Shown here: one piece after another, positions 30,259 through 39,853 of the stretch
Position numbering within the stretch: position 1 is the stretch's first letter
Layout: each line of letters opens with the position of its first letter
From: an uncultured Chloroflexia bacterium
GTDB lineage: Bacteria; Chloroflexota; Anaerolineae; B4-G1; SLSP01
NCBI GenBank assembly: GCA_963751345.1
Contig: CAVVUS010000043.1
Coordinates: 1-64,000 of the forward strand
Reading direction: 5' to 3'
DNA: 64,000 nucleotides
The notes under the pieces: model-generated
What the model saw: only the letters and a program-made list of their open reading frames with translations
Databases searched by the model: none
What the model was told of the DNA's origin: nothing
Program-made: the position numbers and the translations under genes

Positions 30259-31164
30259 TCAGGCTCGAGCGGCTTGTTCCTCCCCTGACAATACTGCCTG
30301 AAGCGCAGTGATCGCGACCTCAATCATAGCATCGTCCGGCTCTCGGGTCGTAAGATTCTGAAGCGCGAGATTGGGCGCAATCAGCCATTGGATGACTCGC
30401 AGGTTCTTATGCTGCCCCGTAAAACGCAGGATCTCGTAGGAGATCCCCGCGATCACCGGGAGGAGGGCGAGCCTCGAGATAATTCGCACCAGTAAAGACG
30501 GCTTGCCCAAAGGGGCGAAAATCAACACAGAGATCAGCACCACCGTCAAAAGAAACGCCGTACCACAGCGGGCGTGCTCCCGCGAGTAGGGTCGCACGGC
30601 ATCGACCGTCAAGGGTTCGCCGGCCTCATAGGCGTTAATCGTCTTGTGCTCGGCACCGTGGTACGCGAAGACGCGGCGAATCTCTTCTGTCCGGCCGATC
30701 ACGGCCATATAGGCGACGAGAAGCGCCAACCGGACGGCCCCCTCGACCAAGTTGAACACAAATGCATGCTGTTTGACGATCACTCCGGCCAAAAAAGAGG
30801 GCAGCAGCATGAACAGACCCACGCCCAGCAATAGAGAGAGCGCGCCGGTGGCGAGGCCCAGGCCTCCCGACATCTTGAAATCCGGGTCTTCTTCCTGACC
30901 GGCTACTTCCGCAGAGTAAAAGAGCGCCCGCATCCCTAACCCTAAGGAGTCCCAGAGCAGGGGGATCCCTCTGAGTAGCGGGATCTTGCTGATTGCTCCC
31001 CGGTACAGTCCACCAAGCGACTCCTGCTTGGTCACGATCTGGCCGTCCTGACGACGCACGGCAACCGCAGCGTTGTATTTGCCGCGCATCATAACACCTT
31101 CCATCACGGCTTGCCCACCGTACGTCTCTCCCAACGGTCTACGTTCAACCTGACTTTCCGACAC
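30259..31164 (-). CDS. DUF1385 family membrane protein (putative metal-dependent enzyme)
   Basis: GGQAVMEGVMMRG, YHGAEHKTINAYE, HARCGTAF and TTREPDD. Confidence 0.88.
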   Translation of the reverse strand: MSESQVERRPLGETYGGQAVMEGVMMRGKYNAAVAVRRQDGQIVTKQESLGGLYRGAISKIPLLRGIPLLWDSLGLGMRALFYSAEVAGQEEDPDFKMSGGLGLATGALSLLLGVGLFMLLPSFLAGVIVKQHAFVFNLVEGAVRLALLVAYMAVIGRTEEIRRVFAYHGAEHKTINAYEAGEPLTVDAVRPYSREHARCGTAFLLTVVLISVLIFAPLGKPSLLVRIISRLALLPVIAGISYEILRFTGQHKNLRVIQWLIAPNLALQNLTTREPDDAMIEVAITALQAVLSGEEQAARA

Positions 31165-31194
31165 AGGACCTCCCCATGAAAAAGCCGGCGATGA

Positions 31195-32067
31195 TCAGGC
31201 TTCGAGCCTCTGATATCCGGTCCGGCGGGCCGCCTGCCAGGCAGCCATCACCGCACGACGGGCCAATACCGCGGCCATAGCGAGGCGATATTCAGCGCTC
31301 CCCCTGAAATCCGCCACCGGCACCAACTCGGCCAGGGACGGCTGCAATGCCTGCTCAAGCCTCTCACGGCTGAGCAACTGCCCGCGCAGCAAGTGCTCCG
31401 TCTTGTGCAGACGGGCCGGCTGCGAATGGGCGCCTCCCACGGCCACGCGCACCATCGAGGGCAGGCCCTCACTCATCTCCAGATAAGCGGCAGCGCACAC
31501 AATCGGCTTGTCCTTGGGCGAGCGCCCCACAACCTCAAACGCTGCAGCGCTGCGGCCCACGGGTCGCCGAATGTGCAGCTCGGTAAGCAGCACACGTGTA
31601 TTGATCAACCGGTCGCGATAGGCGACAAAGCTCATGAACGGTGCCTTATGCACGATGGGATCGGCGTAAAGAATCTCAGCATCGAGCACCAACAGCGCCG
31701 TCGTCAGTGGATCCGCCGGTCCCGCGGTAATCAGCGTCCCGCCGATAGTTCCCTGCTCGCGGAGGCCTCGGGATTGCACGTAGCCTGCGGCCCGCGCCAG
31801 CAGGCCATCGGCCATCTGGCCGGTGTCCGGATCATCAATCAACGTCTGAAGCGTCGTCATGGCCCCGATCCGGACCTCTTCCAGCGTCGCTTCGATCGCA
31901 CCGATGCCCAGGTCCTGAAGGTCCACCACCATCTCCAGAGTCGGATCGCCCTGGGCGACCGTCCACGTCCCGCCGCCCAGGTAGACCGCGTTCGGATTGG
32001 ATTGCACCAGGGCCACGGCGTCCCCAATCTCAGCCGGACGTCTGTAGTGCTTGACGTTGCGCAGCAT
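31195..32067 (-). CDS. Molybdenum hydroxylase FAD-binding subunit (XdhB/CoxM/YgfM-like)
   Basis: YLGGGT, RIGAMTTL, GTIGG and DFRGSAEYR. Confidence 0.82.
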   Translation of the reverse strand: MLRNVKHYRRPAEIGDAVALVQSNPNAVYLGGGTWTVAQGDPTLEMVVDLQDLGIGAIEATLEEVRIGAMTTLQTLIDDPDTGQMADGLLARAAGYVQSRGLREQGTIGGTLITAGPADPLTTALLVLDAEILYADPIVHKAPFMSFVAYRDRLINTRVLLTELHIRRPVGRSAAAFEVVGRSPKDKPIVCAAAYLEMSEGLPSMVRVAVGGAHSQPARLHKTEHLLRGQLLSRERLEQALQPSLAELVPVADFRGSAEYRLAMAAVLARRAVMAAWQAARRTGYQRLEA

Positions 32068-32078
32068 GTCGCCCTCCT

Positions 32079-32630
32079 TTACTCCTCAACTCTCCAGAAC
32101 TGCTGCTCCTGCTGCCAACCCTTGAGCGTGTCCTCGGGAGGGCAGATCACCAACCCGGTCGACTCGACGGTCACCGTCCCATCGGGGAGACGAATCTCGC
32201 CTGCGACCTCAGCCGACCGCCGTCGCTGCTTCACGACCCACCCGACCACCGTCAACGGCGTCTCCGTGGGCGTTGGCTTGCGGTATTTCACCTCGAGCTT
32301 GGCCGTTACCCAGAAGGGATTCCCCTCCGATGCCATCATCAGGGCACGCCCGGTCGCCTCATCCAGGATCGTTGCCAGAATGCCCCCATGGGCAATGCCG
32401 GGATATCCCTGGTACCGCTCCGGGATCACCAATGGAACAACAATCTGTTGGTTCTCGTGATCTTCATAGAACCGGATATGCAGCCCCACGGGATTTTCGC
32501 GGCCGCAGACGAAACACATACGCGATGTCGGCTGGGGCCGCCAATGGGCGGGAACTGCCTGCTGCCCTGCCGCTTCACCCTCTCGTATGCCCGCCGGCTC
32601 ATTTCCCAGCTCCCTGGTTTTGTCGCTCAC
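32079..32630 (-). CDS. PaaI-family hotdog thioesterase
   Basis: CFVCGRENPVGL, GYPGIAHGGILATILDE and YRKPTP. Confidence 0.87.
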   Translation of the reverse strand: MSDKTRELGNEPAGIREGEAAGQQAVPAHWRPQPTSRMCFVCGRENPVGLHIRFYEDHENQQIVVPLVIPERYQGYPGIAHGGILATILDEATGRALMMASEGNPFWVTAKLEVKYRKPTPTETPLTVVGWVVKQRRRSAEVAGEIRLPDGTVTVESTGLVICPPEDTLKGWQQEQQFWRVEE

Positions 32631-32651
32631 TCCCCTTCTCGCTTTCTCATC

Positions 32652-33614
32652 TCACTTTCCCTCCCGCATATAGGGCTCTCCCAGAGCGGCAGGCGCCCCT
32701 ATATGATGGCTCAGCCTCTCCCACCACGTCATCGCCACCAGGACGACAATCGTCGCGATGTAGGGGAGCATGTTCAGGTAGGCAGATGGAATCGTCGTTC
32801 CCCCTGCCTGCAGGCGAAACTGCACCGCATTGATCCCCCCGAAGAGAACCGCACCCAGGACGGCACGGGCCGGATTCCACATAGCGAAGATGACCAACGC
32901 GATCACGATCCAGCCCCTCCCGCCGGTGATATTCGCGGACCACCCCGGCGCGTAGGCCAGCGATAGATGCGCACCGCCCAACCCAACGAGACTCCCACCG
33001 AGAATGGTGTAAGTATAGCGCGTCTTCAACACGTTGATGCCCATCGCGTCAGCAGTCTGCGGGCTCTCGCCGACGGCACGAAGGTTCAGCCCGTTGCGCG
33101 TGCGATAGAGGTAGAACCAGGCGAGCGGCACCAGCAGGAAAAGGAGATACGTGAGGAGGTCCTGTCTGAAGAATGCCCCCACAACCGGTATCTGGCTCAG
33201 TACGGGGATCTCGATGGGCGAGAATCGTGGGCCGACGAGGCCTACCAGGTTACGATTATTGGCGGCCGGACCCAATCGCTCCCCCAGAAAACTCGCCAGA
33301 CCCGTACCGAACAGTGTGATACTCAGGCCACTGACAACCTGATTGGCCCGCATGGTCACGGTCAGAAAGGCGTGAATCGTGGCCAGCGCGGCGCCCGCCG
33401 CCATCGCAGCCAACACACCCAGCCAGACATTGCCGGTGTAGTAAGCCGTGGCGAACCCGGTCACCGCACCCGTTAGCATCATCCCCTCAACGCCGAGGTT
33501 GAGAATGCCCGATCGCTCCGTATAGATCTCCCCAACGGTCCCGTAAATCAGTGACGCACCTGCACGCAGCGTGATCGTGAGGATTGAGGTGATCAAGGTA
33601 AAGAGCCCGCTCAC
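32652..33614 (-). CDS. Nucleoside/purine ABC transporter permease
   Basis: ERSGILNLGVEGMML, LRAVGESP and GRGWIVIA. GTG33614 with RBS AGGAGG. Confidence 0.88.
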   Translation of the reverse strand: MSGLFTLITSILTITLRAGASLIYGTVGEIYTERSGILNLGVEGMMLTGAVTGFATAYYTGNVWLGVLAAMAAGAALATIHAFLTVTMRANQVVSGLSITLFGTGLASFLGERLGPAANNRNLVGLVGPRFSPIEIPVLSQIPVVGAFFRQDLLTYLLFLLVPLAWFYLYRTRNGLNLRAVGESPQTADAMGINVLKTRYTYTILGGSLVGLGGAHLSLAYAPGWSANITGGRGWIVIALVIFAMWNPARAVLGAVLFGGINAVQFRLQAGGTTIPSAYLNMLPYIATIVVLVAMTWWERLSHHIGAPAALGEPYMREGK

Positions 33615-33648
33615 GCTGCCTCCTCCTACACCTGGGTCCTGCGATGGC

Positions 33649-34758
33649 TCAGGACCCTGCTCCCGACAGGGCGACCTCAGGGGAATCAAGCTCCACAGCA
33701 CCGGTGGGCTCTCGTTTCAGGTCCAGGGCATACTCCCGGAAGAGAATGCCGGCCAGCATCGGGATCAACAGCATGCCCTGGAGCACCAGGCCTACCGAGG
33801 CGGGAAGATGCATACTTAGCTGAATCTGGTCGCCGCCGACCAGCAGCCCTGCCATAAGGATGGCTACAAAGACCACGCCGATGGGGTTCAGTTGGGCCAT
33901 CCACGCAATAATGATCGCCGTGTATCCGTAGCCCACCGAAATGCCTTGTTGAAGCCGCCGCGACAACCCAAGCAGCTCGGCGGCACCCGCCAGGCCACTG
34001 ATCGCGCCGGAGATCAACAACGTCACTACGATGTTCCGCGCGATGTTGATGCCCAGATAACGAGCAGCTGTGGGATTGGACCCAATGATCTTGAGCTCAA
34101 AGCCCCATTTTGTATAGCGAAAGACCGCCCACAGCAGGATCGCCAACCCTAGCCCGAAGAAAATGCCCACGTGGGCTCTTCCCGCGATCCTGGGAAGCCA
34201 GGTGAACTCCGGGATGGGCGCGGTACCGGAGTTGTATCCTGGGGCACGCCAGGCGATATAGTAGAGGTGCTGCGAATAGAGGATTGCGACGTAATTCAGC
34301 ATCAGCGTCGTCAACGTCTCGTCGACGTTCAGCTTCGCCTTGAGGACTGCCGGTATTCCGGCCCACAACGCACCTGCGACGCAACCCGCCAGGATGGCCA
34401 GCGGAAGTATCGTCCAGGGCGGCAGGTGCTGTGACCAGAAGAGCGCCACCCCAGCCGCAGCCACCGCGCCGAGCGTCAGTTGACCCTCGGCGCCGATGTT
34501 CCAGAACCGCATACGGAAGGCTAACGCCACACCCAGCCCGGTCAATATCAGGGGGGTGCTCTTGACCAGAACTTCGCTCAAACCATAGCCGGAACCGAAC
34601 GCTCCCATAAACATCGAGGCGTAGGTCACAAACGGGTTCGCCCCAGACACTGCCAATAGAATCGCGCCGAATCCTAGCGAGACTCCGAACGAAATCACAG
34701 GGACAAGGATGGAGGCACGACGGGAGATCGACTCTCGCTTTCTCAGGGCAATCTGCAT
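33649..34758 (-). CDS. Nucleoside/purine ABC transporter permease
   Basis: WNIGAEGQ, TLMLNYV and GYGYTAIIIA. Confidence 0.88.
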   Translation of the reverse strand: MQIALRKRESISRRASILVPVISFGVSLGFGAILLAVSGANPFVTYASMFMGAFGSGYGLSEVLVKSTPLILTGLGVALAFRMRFWNIGAEGQLTLGAVAAAGVALFWSQHLPPWTILPLAILAGCVAGALWAGIPAVLKAKLNVDETLTTLMLNYVAILYSQHLYYIAWRAPGYNSGTAPIPEFTWLPRIAGRAHVGIFFGLGLAILLWAVFRYTKWGFELKIIGSNPTAARYLGINIARNIVVTLLISGAISGLAGAAELLGLSRRLQQGISVGYGYTAIIIAWMAQLNPIGVVFVAILMAGLLVGGDQIQLSMHLPASVGLVLQGMLLIPMLAGILFREYALDLKREPTGAVELDSPEVALSGAGS

Positions 34759-34760
34759 CG

Positions 34761-36320
34761 CTAGGCTACCTCTTCGCCGGAGAGAGGCTCAATCGCCCCC
34801 GCCATCATCAGCCCCAACGTCTCAACACCAGCTTCGTCGGCGGGCAGGATGCCCATCAACTTGCCTTCGTAAAGCACGGCGATCCGGTCGGACACCGACC
34901 GCAGTTCGTCGAGATCTTCGGAGATGAGCAGTACCGCACGCTGCTCGTCCCGCTGCTCCACGAGACGCATACGCACCGCCTCGGTAGCACCGACATCGAG
35001 GCCCCGAGAGGGGTAGACTGCGACGAGCAATCCTGCACACGCGTCGATCTCACGCGCCAGGATCGTCTTCTGAATGTTCCCGCCCGAGAGGAATTTCACG
35101 TAGGTCTTCGGGCTCGGCGTCGAGATCTGAAAGATCTCGATCATCGAACGCGCGAAATCCCGGATACGCTGCTGGTTGAGCACGCCGTGTCGTCCCAACG
35201 GCGGGTTCCGGTACCCCTTCATGGCGATGTTGTCCGCCACCGCCATATCGCCCACCGATCCCATCCCCATCCGATCGGCCGGAATGTGACTGACGCCGGA
35301 TCGAATCGCATCCAGAGGCGTGCAGTTCGTCAAGTCCAGTTCGTTGATCGAGACTTTCCCACGGGTGATCGGACGCAACCCGGTCACCACCTCCGCCAAC
35401 TCCTGCTGGCCGTTTCCGGCCACACCGGCGATACCCAGGATCTCTCCCTGCCGCAGGGTAAAGGAGACCCCTCGCAACGCAGGAAGCCCTTTGTCATTCA
35501 GGCAATGGATATCCTCCAACACCAGGACCGGCGAGCCGGGCATCGCCGCCTTCTTCTCGAGGCGGAACAAGACTTCCCGCCCCACCATCAGTCGCGCTAA
35601 CTCCCGGGGATTGGTCTCTGCCGTCTTCTTTGTCGCCACGACCTCCCCGTGTCGAAGCACACACACACGATCCGAGAAGGCAACGACCTCTCCCATCTTG
35701 TGGGTGATAAAAATGGTGGATTTGCCCTCTCCCCGCATCACGTCCAGGACCCTACCCAGATCTTCCGCCTCCTGGGGTGTCAGGACTGCCGTGGGCTCAT
35801 CCAGAATCAGGATGTCGGCGCCACGGTAGATGAGCTTCAGGATCTCAACCCGCTGCTGCTCTCCCACGCTCAACTGCCAGACGTACGCCCGCGGATCGAC
35901 CTTGAGGCTATATCGCTCCGAAAGCTCCAGGATACGCGACTCGATCTCGGGCAGATCGGGGATGAGCGGCAGGTCAGGCAGACCCAGGATGATATTCTGC
36001 GCCACGGTCATGGTGGGGATCAACTTGAAGTTCTGATGAACCATGCCGATACCGAGTTCGGCAGCATCGCGGGGCGAATGAACTTCGACGCGCTGATCGT
36101 GAACGATGATCTCGCCGGCATCGGGACGGTAGAGACCGACGAGGATATTCATCAGAGTGCTCTTGCCGGCACCATTCTCCCCCAAGAGGGCCAGGACCTC
36201 GGCAGGATAGAGATCGAGATCGACGTTGTGGTTCGCGAGGACACCGGGGAATCGCTTTGTGATGCCACGCAGTTGCAGCGCCGCACGCTCCGAGTCGACC
36301 TGCTCCTTGGAATGAATCAT
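34761..36320 (-). CDS. Nucleoside/sugar ABC transporter ATPase (two ABC domains)
   Basis: GENGAGKST, LSVGEQQRVE, LSGGNIQK and ISEDLDE. Confidence 0.92.
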   Translation of the reverse strand: MIHSKEQVDSERAALQLRGITKRFPGVLANHNVDLDLYPAEVLALLGENGAGKSTLMNILVGLYRPDAGEIIVHDQRVEVHSPRDAAELGIGMVHQNFKLIPTMTVAQNIILGLPDLPLIPDLPEIESRILELSERYSLKVDPRAYVWQLSVGEQQRVEILKLIYRGADILILDEPTAVLTPQEAEDLGRVLDVMRGEGKSTIFITHKMGEVVAFSDRVCVLRHGEVVATKKTAETNPRELARLMVGREVLFRLEKKAAMPGSPVLVLEDIHCLNDKGLPALRGVSFTLRQGEILGIAGVAGNGQQELAEVVTGLRPITRGKVSINELDLTNCTPLDAIRSGVSHIPADRMGMGSVGDMAVADNIAMKGYRNPPLGRHGVLNQQRIRDFARSMIEIFQISTPSPKTYVKFLSGGNIQKTILAREIDACAGLLVAVYPSRGLDVGATEAVRMRLVEQRDEQRAVLLISEDLDELRSVSDRIAVLYEGKLMGILPADEAGVETLGLMMAGAIEPLSGEEVA

Positions 36321-36353
36321 ACTGGAATCGTTCTTTTTAGGGTGATCAATAGA

Positions 36354-36390
36354 AAGCGGGGCCGGGTCCCAGCGGAACCTGACCCCGCTT
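36354..36390 (-). terminator. Intra-operon hairpin after the BMP gene
   Basis: AAGCGGGG..GGTCC/GGAACC..CCCCGCTT, followed by TTTC on the minus strand. Confidence 0.55.
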
Positions 36391-36407
36391 CCTAGAACCT
36401 AACCCGC

Positions 36408-37499
36408 CTATTGCGCGGGGATCGTTCCAACAACGCCGTCAACAAAGGTCATCATGCTGAGCAGCGATGCGTCATCCATACACTGCCCGGCTGCGACCAT
36501 CGTGCTGCCGTCCTGTGCCGTGATCGGCCCACAGAAGACATCGTCACCACCGGTGATCTTGTCCTGTGCCGCTGCTACCAGATCACGCACATCCTGGGGT
36601 ACCTTCGGGCTGAAATCGGCCAGCTTCACCACACCATCCGCGAGACCGCCCCAGTATTGGTGCGTCTGCCACTTGCCGTCGATCCCTGCCTGGATGGTAT
36701 CGATGTAGTAGGGGCCCCAGTTCCAGATTGGGCTCGTGAGGACGGTGTCGCCAACGAACGAACGCATGTCCGAGTCATAGCCGATGCTCAGCGCCCCACG
36801 CTCCTGGGCAGCCTTCTGCGGCTCCGTGGTGTCCTGATGCTGCGCGATGATGTCAACACCGGAATCGAGCAAGGCGATCGCCGCCTCGCGCTCCAGCACA
36901 GGATCGTACCAGGTGTTGGTCCAGACAACGTGCACCGTGGCATCGGGATTGACCGAGCGCACACCAAGGGTGAACGCGTTGATACCGCGAATGACCTCGG
37001 GGATCGGGAAGGCTCCAACGTAACCGATGTCGTTAGCCTGGGTCATTTTGCCGGCAACGATGCCCGAAAGGAAACGCGCCTGATAGATCCGTCCGAAGTA
37101 CGTGGACATATTCTCAAGCGTCTTTGAGCCCGAGCAGTGCTCGAACATGACGTCGGGGAATTCCTGGGCGACCTCATACATAGGATCCATATACCCGAAT
37201 GAGGTGGCAAAAATCATGTTGTAGCCCTCTTGGGCATATTGACGGATAACGCGAGCCGCATCGGGGCCCTCCGGCACGTTCTCAACGTAGGTGGTCTCGA
37301 CGGCGTCTCCGAGGGTCGCCTCGACCTGTTTGCGGCCTCGGTCGTGTTCGTAGGTCCAACCGAGATCTCCAGGGGGGCCAATGTAGACATACGCTACTTT
37401 GAAGGGCTTATCGGACGTTGCCTGCCCGGCGTTACACGCCTCGAGGGCCATCGCTAGCACCAGCATCAAGCCAATCACCACCAACATACGCCGTTTCAT
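36408..37499 (-). CDS. BMP-family (PnrA-like) ABC substrate-binding lipoprotein
   Basis: Lipobox LEAC, DLGWTYEH, TSFGYMD, PEVIRGINAF and QHQD. Confidence 0.9.
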   Translation of the reverse strand: MKRRMLVVIGLMLVLAMALEACNAGQATSDKPFKVAYVYIGPPGDLGWTYEHDRGRKQVEATLGDAVETTYVENVPEGPDAARVIRQYAQEGYNMIFATSFGYMDPMYEVAQEFPDVMFEHCSGSKTLENMSTYFGRIYQARFLSGIVAGKMTQANDIGYVGAFPIPEVIRGINAFTLGVRSVNPDATVHVVWTNTWYDPVLEREAAIALLDSGVDIIAQHQDTTEPQKAAQERGALSIGYDSDMRSFVGDTVLTSPIWNWGPYYIDTIQAGIDGKWQTHQYWGGLADGVVKLADFSPKVPQDVRDLVAAAQDKITGGDDVFCGPITAQDGSTMVAAGQCMDDASLLSMMTFVDGVVGTIPAQ

Positions 37500-37582
37500 A
37501 CGCACTCTCCTCCTCCATGAACGAGATGAACACACACGGCTCCATTCCCTATGGGGTCTAGGGAAAGCGGGGGGCCACGTCC

Positions 37583-37610
37583 ATTGTAACAGACGTTATG
37601 GTGTTGTCCA
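37583..37610 (-). promoter_or_regulatory. Putative promoter of the nucleoside ABC operon
   Basis: Minus strand TGGACA-N16-TACAAT with TGn extension. Confidence 0.4.
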
Positions 37611-37681
37611 CCAAAGAACGTGCTGCCGGCCAAGGTTAAGACGTTGGCACGTCAGCACGTCACATGTTGGGTCTTTCGAGG

Positions 37682-38665
37682 TCATGGTATGACGTCATTC
37701 TCAGACAACTCCGAATCATCCTGCAACTGCTCGTTCGTGAAGGTGATCCTCTCACGCGTTACGGAGAACCTGTCGAAGTCGCGTGCGATGACGGTCGACT
37801 CGAATAGGGGCTGGGCTTCGGCAAGAATGTCACGAATGCGATACCGCTGCGACAGGTGGTTAAGCACCAACATCCGCACGCCGGCCTCCCGTGCCAGCCA
37901 GGCCGCCTGTCCTGCCGTGATATGGCCGAACCGGCGCGCCATATCGCTATCCTGGGAAAGATAAGTGGCTTCGCAGACCAGCAAATCTGCGCCCTGGACA
38001 GCTTCGACCAGATCCTCCACCTCGCCGATGTCTCCGGTCACCACAATAGAAGTACCTGATCGCGCGGGGCCCAGCACATCATCGGGCTCGATCCGTCGTC
38101 CGTCATTCAGCGTGATCGGTTGGCCGTTCACGAGATCCCGTCGCATGGGTCCTTGGGGCACACCTAACGCCTCGGCACGCTCGGGAAGAAACGGTCGCCG
38201 GGGCTTCTCAGAGAATCGATAGCCCAGACATCCCGGCCCACGGTGGCGGACGGCGAAGGCCCTCACTTCGAATTCCTCGCTCTCGAGGAGGACCCCCGGC
38301 TCGACATCCACCAGATCGATGTCGACGGGTGGACGTGCCCCGCGCAAGACCACGCCGAAGATCAGGTCCGACACACGATCGAGCGACCGCTGTCCTCCGT
38401 AGATCTCCATACGCTCAACGGCCTCCCAGCGCGCGAAGGTGGAGACCAACCCGCCGAGGCCGAGAATGTGATCCAGGTGCCCGTGTGTCAGCAGCACGCG
38501 ATTGAGGCGGCGAAACCCTAACCCACTGCGCAGGATTTGGCGCTGCGTTCCCTCACCGCAATCGATGAGAAAGCGTTCGTCCCGATAGAGCAGAACCTGT
38601 GCCGGCAGCCCGCGCTGAATCGAGGGCGCCGAGGCAGCGGTTCCGATGAAGACCAACTCAAGCAT
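37682..38665 (-). CDS. rnz: Ribonuclease Z
   Basis: DCGEGTQRQ, THGHLDH, GVPQGP exosite, EATY, GHIT, NHLSQRY and ARDF. Confidence 0.9.
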   Translation of the reverse strand: MLELVFIGTAASAPSIQRGLPAQVLLYRDERFLIDCGEGTQRQILRSGLGFRRLNRVLLTHGHLDHILGLGGLVSTFARWEAVERMEIYGGQRSLDRVSDLIFGVVLRGARPPVDIDLVDVEPGVLLESEEFEVRAFAVRHRGPGCLGYRFSEKPRRPFLPERAEALGVPQGPMRRDLVNGQPITLNDGRRIEPDDVLGPARSGTSIVVTGDIGEVEDLVEAVQGADLLVCEATYLSQDSDMARRFGHITAGQAAWLAREAGVRMLVLNHLSQRYRIRDILAEAQPLFESTVIARDFDRFSVTRERITFTNEQLQDDSELSENDVIP

Positions 38666-38674
38666 AGAAACTCC

Positions 38675-39772
38675 CTAATACTGAATGGTGCGCTCACCAG
38701 GCTCGATAGCGGGTTCGATCGACGATACGCCGCCGGCCCTTAACAGACCGGGGTCCCCAATCTCTCCTTCGACACTCACCCCATCGAAGCCAAACTGATG
38801 TGCGACCGATACGTTCGTTAAAAGATGGCGGGTAATCCGCGATACGGTAGCCTGCGATGCCCCTTGAGCCAGGGCAAAAGGGATGACGAGCTGGTCCCCA
38901 AGATGCGGGTCCACCGCTGCCCCCGTTCGGTGATGCTCCAGGAGCGCACGGCACCCGATTTCGGCCACCTCTTCCGAGGGCAATCGGAGCCTCCCGAGTG
39001 AGAGAAACCCGGCCTGGGCGTACTCATAGCGGGCGCAGAGGAATAACCCGGTTCCCGTTCCCGGTGAGCGCACGTGCTCCGGGACAATTCGGGCCTCAAG
39101 TCCGGCATCTTTGAGGATCGACCGCGCGCGATTTGTCATTCGCTGGGGGATGTGAGAGGGCAGCTTGGACGCAAATGCAACCCCTTCTACCCTCAGCAGG
39201 GCGCCGCGCTCGGTGAAGTCGTGGCCACGCAGGCGGGCATCCCCACGAATCTCTGCGACCAGCTCGCCGCCTCCCTCAGGGTAGAATCCCCAAAGTTTGT
39301 GGTCCAGCCGCGCGCGGACGCCCATCTCGAAAAGCGAGGGCAAATAGACCTTCTCGAGGTAAAGTGCCGGGGGACTCATCGGCACCGTCGTGCCACCCAG
39401 CAGGCTGACCTCCGACGGCCCGCTTGCCAGGGCGAGTGGCAGCAGCAACGTCTGGAGGACGAGGGTCACGGCCCCGGCGGATCCTCCTTGCGTCGCATCG
39501 GCGACGTCAAAGAGATAATCACCGGGGATACATGCAGCCTGAGGTTCGAACTCCAGGGACTGACTGCCCAAGGTGTCCCCATCCAACCTGGCCCGACAGA
39601 GCGCAGCCGCGGATCGGACCGCCGTGACGTGCTGGGGCCGGAGTCCGGGCTTGGAGCGATTAGCGCGAATATTGGCCAGCCGAAAGCTCTGTCCCGTTAC
39701 AATCGCCAGCGACAGAGCCGAACGCAAGATCTGCCCGCCGCCTTCGCCAAAAGAACCATCAATCTCAAGCAT
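38675..39772 (-). CDS. rtcA: RNA 3'-terminal phosphate cyclase
   Basis: IDGSFGEGGGQILR, KPGLRPQH, GFYPEGGG and VDPHLGDQL. Start could be 39781 or 39772. Confidence 0.92.
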   Translation of the reverse strand: MLEIDGSFGEGGGQILRSALSLAIVTGQSFRLANIRANRSKPGLRPQHVTAVRSAAALCRARLDGDTLGSQSLEFEPQAACIPGDYLFDVADATQGGSAGAVTLVLQTLLLPLALASGPSEVSLLGGTTVPMSPPALYLEKVYLPSLFEMGVRARLDHKLWGFYPEGGGELVAEIRGDARLRGHDFTERGALLRVEGVAFASKLPSHIPQRMTNRARSILKDAGLEARIVPEHVRSPGTGTGLFLCARYEYAQAGFLSLGRLRLPSEEVAEIGCRALLEHHRTGAAVDPHLGDQLVIPFALAQGASQATVSRITRHLLTNVSVAHQFGFDGVSVEGEIGDPGLLRAGGVSSIEPAIEPGERTIQY

Positions 39773-39853
39773 CCTATTCATTATAGAGAGTTCGTCGGTT
39801 TGACAACCACGACCTTTCTATAATGGGCTCTCGCCGTGGCCCTCTTGCGCCGA

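Noticed and set aside
37500-37681. Purine riboswitch upstream of the BMP operon
   Set aside because: The conserved purine aptamer core sequences are absent.
39800-39824. Antisense promoter TTGACA..TATAAT on the plus strand
   Set aside because: The spacer is only 13 bp.
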